28,059 nt of DNA, taken from positions 1 through 28,059 of IMG/VR virus record IMGVR_UViG_3300045988_141296; one strand, written 5' to 3'. The notes under the pieces were generated by a model. The model had not been told where the DNA came from. It worked only from the letters and a program-made list of their open reading frames with translations, and ran no database searches. The translations under genes were made by a program, and so were the position numbers. Source of the DNA: a virus. This document shows, one piece after another, positions 21,283 to 28,017 of the stretch (positions are counted from its first letter, which is position 1; each line of letters starts with the position of its first letter).

Positions 21283-21796
21283 AGTATTAACAAATTATCC
21301 TAACTATAGTGTATCTTCTACAGGAGATGTATATAGTAACCCATTGACTTTTAAAGATTCTATTGGAAGAACCAGAAAACAAATACATAAAAAGCTAAAA
21401 CAGCATATAGATAAATATGGCTATAATTATGTAATTCTAGTATCTGGCTTAGATAAACCTAAAGCTATTAAAGTTCACAGACTAGTAGCAGAAGCATTTA
21501 TTCCAAATCCTGACAATCTACCATATGTTAACCATATAAATGAAAATAAGACAGATAATAGGGTAGAAAATTTAGAATGATGTGATGCAAAGTATAATAA
21601 TACATATGGAACTAGAATAAATAGATGTATTGATAAAATTAGTAAACCTGTAGGGCTATTTATTAATGATTTACTAGTTAAAACATATAAAAATGCAATT
21701 GAAACATCAATAGATGGGTATACTCATAGTAGAGTTATAGATTGTCTTAAAGGAAGAACAGACACTTATAAAGGGGTAAAATTTAAATATATCTAA
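21275..21796 (+). CDS. HNH homing endonuclease (NUMOD4 / HNH_3-like), 173 aa
   Basis: Start chosen at ATG 21275; the track start at 21197 overlaps the fibre gene. Continues through TGA 21578 to TAA 21794-21796. [45 protein letters not shown], a paralogue of 1535-2020. Confidence 0.85.
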
Positions 21797-21797
21797 T

Positions 21798-22787
21798 ATG
21801 GCAAATACAATTTCTGATAAATTAACGTATCTTGAAGGTACTAAGAGTGCCATTAAAGATGCTATTGTAGCTAAAGGTGTTGCTGTATCAGATTCAGATA
21901 CCTTTAGAAGCTATGCAGATAAGATAGGACAGATTTCTGGAGGTGGTGGAGGAAAGATTAATTTAAATGATTATGGATTAACATTTGCAAATTCTAAAAT
22001 GGATAAAGATCATTATGATAACGTTGAATATGAAATTCCACAAGATTGTAGTTATTGATTTCATATGGCTTCATTTCAAGATCCTATTGATATATCTGAT
22101 CATATTAATCCAGATATATTATATGCTGCGGAAAGAACATTTCAAAATGCTAGCAATATACATATTAATGAGATAAAACTGATGGCCGAACGTTCATATA
22201 CATTTTCTGGTTTTGCAGGCAGTATTGATACTCTAGAATTTATTAATCCTCAATCCCCTAGTTGAGGATATTGTACGCGCACATTTTATTTATCCTCATC
22301 TTTTCCAAAAAATATAACAATAACAAATAAGTATGAAACTAGTGGATGTTCATTAGAATATTTTTTTAATCAAGTAACTACTGATTCTGCTGTTCCTATT
22401 AGTGTCCCTGAAATTGAAGTTATAAATGGGCAAGTAACTTTTACTCAGTATTTTAGCTCATATTCATCTAGTATCACATCTGTAGGTAAAATAAAATTAA
22501 CAAATTGTTCTTTACACCAAGATCTTAATAAATGAGCACTTTGTGGTACAGCTAGTAGTGTTGTAACTTATTTTGGGGGTGTTGAAGGAGCTGATAAAAG
22601 TATGAATTTAGCAAATTTTAGAGCACTAAATAGTCAATCAGTAACTGATATTATTACAAATGTTAGTGATTTAACTGGAAAGGATACCAAAACTTTAACT
22701 TTTTATACTAACGTTTATAATGCACTTACTGAAGAACAGAAATCATTAGCTACATCTAAAAACTGAACTTTAGCAAGTTCAAACTAA
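21798..22787 (+). CDS. Fibre-associated protein, paralogue of the 19585 LRR protein (329 aa)
   Basis: Track ORFs 21798-22058 and 22065-22265 plus untracked sequence share one frame to TAA 22785-22787, with TGA at 22056, 22263, 22533 and 22764. N-terminal fibre-like LTYLEGTKSAIKDAIVAKGV. C-terminal ..VYNALTEEQKSLATSKN-W-TL.. aligns with ..VYNSLTEEQKSQITSKGWSV.. of 19585-20427. Confidence 0.7.
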
Positions 22788-22788
22788 T

Positions 22789-22838
22789 TGTCAGTTTTTA
22801 TTTTTTCTTAGTACTTTGAGTGAGTAAAAAACTTGACA
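22789..22838 (+). repeat. Palindromic module-boundary element, copy 3
   Basis: TGTCAGTTTTTATTTTTTCTTAGTACTTTGAGTGAGTAAAAAACTTGACA. Same 50-nt architecture as copies 1 and 2, and shares the loop string CTTAGTAC with the reverse complement of copy 1. Starts 2 nt after the stop at 22787. Confidence 0.6.
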
Positions 22839-22871
22839 TTAAAGGAGGCTTAGGTCTCCTTTAATTATTTT
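22839..22871 (+). terminator. Rho-independent terminator
   Basis: Stem TTAAAGGAG (22839-22847) / CTCCTTTAA (22856-22864), loop GCTTAGGT, then TTATTTT. Confidence 0.65.
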
Positions 22872-22889
22872 AATACATTAGTAAATTAG

Positions 22890-22908
22890 TTTATATTTTA
22901 AGAAAAAG
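22890..22908 (+). promoter_or_regulatory. Candidate promoter motif TTTATATTTTAAGAAAAAG
   Basis: Near-identical to 17218-17236. Lies downstream of a terminator and upstream of ATG 22941. Confidence 0.3.
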
Positions 22909-22940
22909 ATATGTAAAACTAATGTAAATTGCTGTAAAAT

Positions 22941-23333
22941 ATGAATTATACTTTATTAATGCAAAATACAACTACTAAAGAAGTTTATGTATATAACTTA
23001 GAAAATCAGAATTATGCTGAAAATATCTACTATAAGTTTGATATTACATTATCTGATGATATGCCTGATGGTGAATATCAGTATATTCTGTTTAGTAACC
23101 CAAATAAACTTGAAGTAATTGTAGATGTAAATAATCCTATGCAGTCAGAGCTATATGGTAATCCAGTTATTCTGGTAACTTATGAAAATACTCTTACTAC
23201 AGGAACACAGATATTAGTTGCTGGTAAACCTATACCTGTATTGAGTTCAGGACTAATAAGAGTTGGAGATTATCAGAATAATAAATACCAATACGATAAA
23301 CAAAACAAATATACGGCTTATGAGCGAAAATAA
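22941..23333 (+). CDS. Hypothetical protein (130 aa)
   Basis: Intact ORF, first gene after the terminator/promoter region. No recognisable motif and no TGA. Confidence 0.5.
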   Translation: MNYTLLMQNTTTKEVYVYNLENQNYAENIYYKFDITLSDDMPDGEYQYILFSNPNKLEVIVDVNNPMQSELYGNPVILVTYENTLTTGTQILVAGKPIPVLSSGLIRVGDYQNNKYQYDKQNKYTAYERK

Positions 23334-24411
23334 AACAAAAGTACAATTAAGTGCAATTGATCCTGTTGTAGTGTCAAATTTAGTACTTCCTGTAGAATCG
23401 AGAAAAAGGGGTTCTGATTGGATTTCTTGGGGTGAAGATAATCGCTATCCATTATATCTATGGGATTTATACTTAAATGTAGCTACTCTTCAATCTATCA
23501 TTAATGGGACTGCTGACTTTATTGTTGGTAATGATGTTATATGTAATGCACCAGGATTTGAAGTAACTGTAAATAAGAAAGGTGAAACTATTATGGATAT
23601 TATGCGTAAAGTATCTAAAGATAAGATGATTTTTGGAGGATATGCTTTACAAATAATTAGAGATATGTTAGGTAGAGTTTCAGAGATCTATCATCTTGAC
23701 TTTATGAAGATTCGTTCTGATGAAAAGAATGAAGTATTCTATTATGCCGATGATTGGTCTGCTTGGTCTATTAAAGCTATCAAATATCCAAAATTTAATT
23801 ATTCAGATGATAATCCTACAAGTGTTGTTTATAATAAGGGCTATATAACAAGAAAAGTATATCCAGTCCCTGTTTATGGTGCAGCTATCCTATCTTGCGA
23901 AACTGAGAAGAATATTAATGAGTTTCATCTAAATTCTCTTCATAACGGATTTATGGGTAATATTATCATTAACTTTAATAATGGACAGCCTACAGACGAA
24001 GTTAAAGAAGAGATTGAGATGAATATTAATGAGAAATTCTCAGGATTTCAAAATGCTGGCAGAGTTCTTATTTCATATAATGATGATGAAACAAATAAGA
24101 CTACTATTGAGCGTTTAGACTCTGATGATTTTGATGAGAAATATAGTGCTTTATCTGAAAGGACAAGAGAACAGATATTCTGCGCATTTAGAGCTAATAG
24201 TGTACTTTTTGGCCTTAACTACTCAAGTGGATTCAACGAACAAGAATTTAATGAAGCTTTTAAACTTTATAATCGTACAGTAGTTAGACCAATTCAGGTC
24301 GAAATAGTAGATACATTTGATAAGATATTTGGAATGAAAGGTTCAATAACTATAACTCCTTTTAGCTTAACTCCAAATGGACAAGAAGATAGCAAACAAA
24401 ATGTTGAATAA
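23320..24411 (+). CDS. Portal protein (363 aa)
   Basis: Start chosen at ATG 23320 (MSENKTKVQ..) within track ORF 23263-24411. ..DWISWGEDNRYPLYLWDLYLNVATLQSIINGTADFIVGN..FGGYALQII.. fits the N-terminal pattern of phage portal proteins. Five Trp, all TGG. Confidence 0.7.
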   Translation: MSENKTKVQLSAIDPVVVSNLVLPVESRKRGSDWISWGEDNRYPLYLWDLYLNVATLQSIINGTADFIVGNDVICNAPGFEVTVNKKGETIMDIMRKVSKDKMIFGGYALQIIRDMLGRVSEIYHLDFMKIRSDEKNEVFYYADDWSAWSIKAIKYPKFNYSDDNPTSVVYNKGYITRKVYPVPVYGAAILSCETEKNINEFHLNSLHNGFMGNIIINFNNGQPTDEVKEEIEMNINEKFSGFQNAGRVLISYNDDETNKTTIERLDSDDFDEKYSALSERTREQIFCAFRANSVLFGLNYSSGFNEQEFNEAFKLYNRTVVRPIQVEIVDTFDKIFGMKGSITITPFSLTPNGQEDSKQNVE

Positions 24412-25009
24412 TTATACTGTTTATTGCCATATAAATAAGTATAACAATAAGCTATATTTTGGCATTACTGGACAAAGTGTGCAAGCTAGGTGAAAAAATG
24501 GATATGGATACTCTACTCAAGCTTACTTTTATAAAGCGATACAAAAATATAGCTGAGATGGATTTGAACATATCATAATTAAAGATAATTTACCAGAAGC
24601 TTGTGCTAAGACATTAGAAAGGATATTGATACATAAATATAAAACAAATACTCCTGAAAATGGTTACAATATAACATCAGGAGGAGAAGGTACATACGGG
24701 TATTCTTTTTCTAATGAGAGTAGAGCAAAAATGTCAAATTCTAAAAAAGGTAAAACACCCTGGAATAAAGGAAAGAAAGGAATCTATACTTTGGAAACAC
24801 TTATTAAAATTGGAAATGCTTCCAAAGGACGAATTACTAGAGTTAAGCCTATATTAAGATTTGATATGAATGGGAATTTTATTGCAAGATATAATTCAAT
24901 GAAAGAAGCTGTTAAATCAGTTAATGGAGAACGTTCTGGATTATATTTAGCTTTAAAAGAAAATAGACCTTATAAAAACAATAAATTTATTTATGATGGA
25001 ACAACTTAA
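24401..25009 (+). CDS. GIY-YIG homing endonuclease (202 aa)
   Basis: ATG 24401 (11-nt overlap with portal), in frame with track ORF 24626-25009 through TGA 24491 and 24554. YTVYCHINKYNNKLYFGITGQSVQAR-W-KNGYGY..KAIQKYS-W-DGFEHIII..ERILIHKY..GYNITSGGEG, then a NUMOD3-like SxESRAKMS. Confidence 0.8.
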
Positions 25010-25682
25010 CTATAAAAATGTACTGCTTATTTCAGAAGACTATATAAAGTCAAATTCTACATTAGATAACAATATATCGGGTAAATATTTACAAGCAGCC
25101 ATCACAAGTGCTCAAGATGTAGAGCTTCAGTCAACTATTGGTACTAAGCTATTAGAAGCATTACAAAAGAAATGTATTAATTGGATTGATCCTCATACTC
25201 CAGTTCATCCAATAGAACCTCCTGAGCCACTTCCAAGTGATTCTATTGATGATTCTGATAACTACAGATATAAAGAGCTATTAGACTATTATGTTCAGCC
25301 TTATTTACTTTATCAAGTACTTAGCGAGATAGTAATTCCTATATCTTATAAGCTTGGTAATTTTGGAGTTATGAGAACTGATGATGAGAAAGATATTGCT
25401 GCTGAAGCAAGTCAAGTAAATCAAATTAAGAAGTATTATAGAGATAAGGCGGATTTCTTTAAGACTCGTTTACAGGACTTTATAATTACATATTATAATG
25501 AATTCCCTGAGCTTTATACATATAAGCCATTAAAGGATATGTTTCCCAATCTTTATTCTAGCTCATCTTGCAATATTTGGCTTGGTGGAGCAAGAGGTAA
25601 AGGATGGAGCGTTAAACCTGGAGAGGGACCTCTTCAAAGAGCTTATGATTTTCCTTCAAGTAACAATAAAAAGAGTAAGTAA
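24993..25682 (+). CDS. Putative head-tail adaptor / connector protein (229 aa)
   Basis: Position after portal. Intact ORF with no TGA. The function is inferred from position only. Confidence 0.4.
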   Translation: MMEQLNYKNVLLISEDYIKSNSTLDNNISGKYLQAAITSAQDVELQSTIGTKLLEALQKKCINWIDPHTPVHPIEPPEPLPSDSIDDSDNYRYKELLDYYVQPYLLYQVLSEIVIPISYKLGNFGVMRTDDEKDIAAEASQVNQIKKYYRDKADFFKTRLQDFIITYYNEFPELYTYKPLKDMFPNLYSSSSCNIWLGGARGKGWSVKPGEGPLQRAYDFPSSNNKKSK

Positions 25683-25684
25683 TT

Positions 25685-26110
25685 ATGACCTACTATGAGA
25701 TAATTAGCAATTTAAAAGCTTGTGCATTAGAAGAGCCAAACATCAATTTTGTAGGAAGTAAAGATATTTATGAGTTAAATAGCTTACCAACTATTGAGTA
25801 TAATGTGTTCTATATAACACCTAATACTTTTAGTGTAGATGAAGATACTATTACTTACTCTTTAAACCTATACTTCGTATCAAGATGGGATGAGACTGAT
25901 AACAACCAATTGGAGGAACAGTCAGCAGGTATGCTTGCACTGCAAAATATAATTAATCGTTTTAATAACCTATATCCAGAAGTTGAAATAGCTTATCCTT
26001 TAATTTATACTCCATTCTATCAAAAGTTCAAAGATATTACCTGCGGAGTGTTTGTTAGAGCTGATTTCCAAGTTGACAACACACTGGGTTTATGTCAAGA
26101 CAGTATGTAA
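25685..26110 (+). CDS. Hypothetical virion/connector protein (141 aa)
   Basis: Intact ORF packed tightly after the adaptor-like gene. No recognisable motif. Confidence 0.4.
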   Translation: MTYYEIISNLKACALEEPNINFVGSKDIYELNSLPTIEYNVFYITPNTFSVDEDTITYSLNLYFVSRWDETDNNQLEEQSAGMLALQNIINRFNNLYPEVEIAYPLIYTPFYQKFKDITCGVFVRADFQVDNTLGLCQDSM

Positions 26111-26766
26111 TGGAAAATAAATTAAATTGGTTTGGTAAAGTATTAGAATGGGTTGATAAATATGGATTACTAAAGATATTTAAAGCAGGGATTGGATTAA
26201 TATTTATATCCTATGTAATGGTTATTACACTTAATCCCTCTATTGTTTATAATAAGGTTGTAACCTATATTGAACAAACTCACAATTCTAAAACTATTGC
26301 AAGAAATGAAGCAACTTTAAAGATTAAATATAAGCTTAAAGAATTGCTTCAAAGTACCAATGCTGATAGAGCTTGGGTTATTGAATATCATAATGGAACT
26401 ACTGGATTAGGGGGACTTCCATTTACTTATGGAGTAATGAATGCAGAGGAAGTAAAACCAGGAATAAGACCTGTAAGTAGCCATTATAAAGATTTCCTGT
26501 TATCTGACTATACTTCAATTATAGAGTTTTCTAAGAATGATGGATGGTTTGGTAATATAGATAGTTTAGAAGCAGATGATCCAAGATTATATTATGCATT
26601 TAAATCCAACAGAGTGAATGAAATAGCAGTATTTTATTTAAAGACTGAGGATAAAGATATTGGCATTTTAGGTTTGTCATTCTGTGATACACCTATGCCT
26701 TATGATACTTGAGTACATCTAAGAAGAGCTGGAATACAGATAAGTATAATTTTAAATAAAATATAA
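26110..26766 (+). CDS. N-terminally membrane-anchored protein of unknown function next to the lysis genes (218 aa)
   Basis: ATG 26110 (TAATG overlap; alternative ATG at 26092). Track ORF ending at 26712 continues through TGA 26710 to TAA 26764-26766. TM segment GLLKIFKAGIGLIFISYVMVITL, then a roughly 150-aa soluble domain. Confidence 0.55.
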
Positions 26767-26767
26767 T

Positions 26768-26929
26768 ATGAAATATTGGTTAAAATATGTAATTGCAGTA
26801 GTTATTATTCTGCTGATATGTTTACTAATCAAAGTAATTCCTTTTTGGATTACTGTAGTATTACTTGTAATAGGTGTGGCTTCACATCTATTTTATAGAT
26901 ATGTTATGATTAAAGATATACTTAAATAA
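26768..26929 (+). CDS. Holin candidate (53 aa, two TM segments)
   Basis: MKYWLKYVIAVVIILLICLLIKVIPFWITVVLLVIGVASHLFYRYVMIKDILK*. Below the track size cut-off. Its stop overlaps the endolysin ATG (TAATG). Confidence 0.55.
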   Translation: MKYWLKYVIAVVIILLICLLIKVIPFWITVVLLVIGVASHLFYRYVMIKDILK

Positions 26930-27381
26930 TGAAGTATTTCACACTCGAAGAATTAACAAGATCTGATACTGCTTCAATTAAGCATATAGATAACACTCCA
27001 GATGAGAGTATAACAGAGCACCTGATAGAGTTGGTCGAGAAGCTTTTAGACCCAATAAGAGAGAGATGGGCAAAGTATTGTGATGACAATCAGCTTGGCA
27101 ATGCAGGCATCAGGATTTCCTCTGGTTTTAGGAATAAGGAGCTTAATAAAGCAGTGGGAGGATCTTCAACTTCTGCTCATTTAACAGGGTATGCAGCAGA
27201 TATATCTCCAATTAATGGTAATATGAAAGTATTCCAAAGTTGGATTGCTGAAGCTATCGAAGAATTTGATTTCGACCAGTTGATATATGAAAGGCCTAGG
27301 AATGGTATAGCAAGTTGAATACACTTGGGATTAAAGAATAAAGACGGAATGCAAAGACGACAGAAATTTACTATTATATAA
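26929..27381 (+). CDS. Endolysin, peptidase M15 (VanY / D-Ala-D-Ala carboxypeptidase-like) family (150 aa)
   Basis: Track ORF 26929-27318 continues through TGA 27316 to TAA 27379-27381. SGFRNKELNKAVGGSSTSAHLTGYAADI carries the H-x6-D zinc motif. ..NGIAS-W-IHLGLK supplies the family's conserved W-x-H with the third zinc-ligand His. Confidence 0.8.
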
Positions 27382-27383
27382 TT

Positions 27384-27722
27384 ATGGATTCCAAATCAAG
27401 TAAATTGCTTCATAAGACTAAGAGAAAAGTAAGAAGTGAAGAATATTTAAAGTACCAGAGATATATCCGCTCAAAGGAATTTAAGGTGATTAGAGAGCAA
27501 GTTTTGTTGCGAGATAACTACCACTGCCAAACTTGTAATTGGTGCGTTGAGGAAGGCGGAAACAGGTCATTATCGGTACATCATAAGCGGTATGACAATT
27601 TATATGAGGAGCAAGACCATTTGGAAGATTTGATAACATTATGTTCAGTATGTCATAAAGCTATACATTCGGCAGTAAGTAATTATCAGAGGTTTAATAA
27701 AAAAGAAAAGGAGGGTAAATAA
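27384..27722 (+). CDS. HNH nuclease (HNHc type, 112 aa), possibly packaging-associated
   Basis: CQTCNW..SLSVHHKRY..LITLCSVCHKAIH. No TGA. Last gene of the plus-strand block. Confidence 0.75.
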   Translation: MDSKSSKLLHKTKRKVRSEEYLKYQRYIRSKEFKVIREQVLLRDNYHCQTCNWCVEEGGNRSLSVHHKRYDNLYEEQDHLEDLITLCSVCHKAIHSAVSNYQRFNKKEKEGK

Positions 27723-27735
27723 CCCTCCTTTTTTA
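27708..27735. terminator. Bidirectional rho-independent terminator at the convergence point
   Basis: Stem AAGGAGGGT (27708-27716) / ACCCTCCTT (27722-27730), loop AAATA containing the HNH stop codon. T-run downstream on the plus strand and CTTTTCTTTTT on the minus strand. Confidence 0.75.
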
Positions 27736-27873
27736 TTTCATTATCTCAAATAACTTCTCATCTTTAGGTATTAATTCTCCAGTTTGTAAATCTACTAAGA
27801 ATTTACTATTTTCGGGAATTACATAAACGTAATTTACTCCATTTAAGCATAATTTATATGTAAAGTACTTCAT
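27733..27873 (-). CDS. Small hypothetical protein (46 aa)
   Basis: Minus-strand ATG (27873-27871) to TAA (27735-27733): MKYFTYKLCLNGVNYVYVIPENSKFLVDLQTGELIPKDEKLFEIMK*. Below the track cut-off. Packed 1 nt after the upstream minus-strand gene. Confidence 0.35.
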   Translation of the reverse strand: MKYFTYKLCLNGVNYVYVIPENSKFLVDLQTGELIPKDEKLFEIMK

Positions 27874-27874
27874 A

Positions 27875-28015
27875 TTAGTCAATATATGTTGCGTTAGGAA
27901 TCTCTGGTTTGGGTGTTTCTTTTACTTCTTCCCAAACTAAACCTCTATTCTGGTTTTCTAGTTGAACTATTCTATATTCTAGTTCTTCAAGCTTTTTAAA
28001 TAAATAATCATCCAT
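27875..28015 (-). CDS. Small hypothetical coiled-coil protein (46 aa)
   Basis: Minus-strand ATG (28015-28013) to TAA (27877-27875): MDDYLFKKLEELEYRIVQLENQNRGLVWEEVKETPKPEIPNATYID*. Trp is TGG. Confidence 0.35.
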   Translation of the reverse strand: MDDYLFKKLEELEYRIVQLENQNRGLVWEEVKETPKPEIPNATYID

Positions 28016-28017
28016 AA

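Noticed and set aside
21985-22176. Off-frame plus-strand ORF of 63 aa.
   Set aside because: It overlaps the 21798-22787 reading frame, which is supported by paralogy. Its I/L/K-rich translation marks it as a shadow ORF.
17241-22787. Repeats in the fibre genes could be a diversity-generating retroelement (template/variable repeat pair).
   Set aside because: No reverse transcriptase gene is in the window. The repeats are in-frame protein repeats, and their differences are not restricted to adenine positions.
96-27381. The fragmented ORFs could be pseudogenes, a degraded prophage or sequencing errors.
   Set aside because: All 35 interruptions are TGA and none is TAA or TAG. Fragments always continue in the same frame. 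No gene uses TGA as its terminator. Several TGAs fall on family-conserved Trp positions. Random decay or errors would not give this pattern.
96-27381. TGA could encode Gly (code 25, as in Absconditabacteria/Gracilibacteria) or selenocysteine.
   Set aside because: The TGA positions match conserved aromatic or Trp columns: NLE-W-C, S-W-I-H, and the TGG/TGA pair at 20410 and 22764. They do not match Gly or Cys positions. Thirty-five sites in 19 structural and enzyme genes with no recurring downstream hairpin is incompatible with SECIS-dependent Sec insertion.
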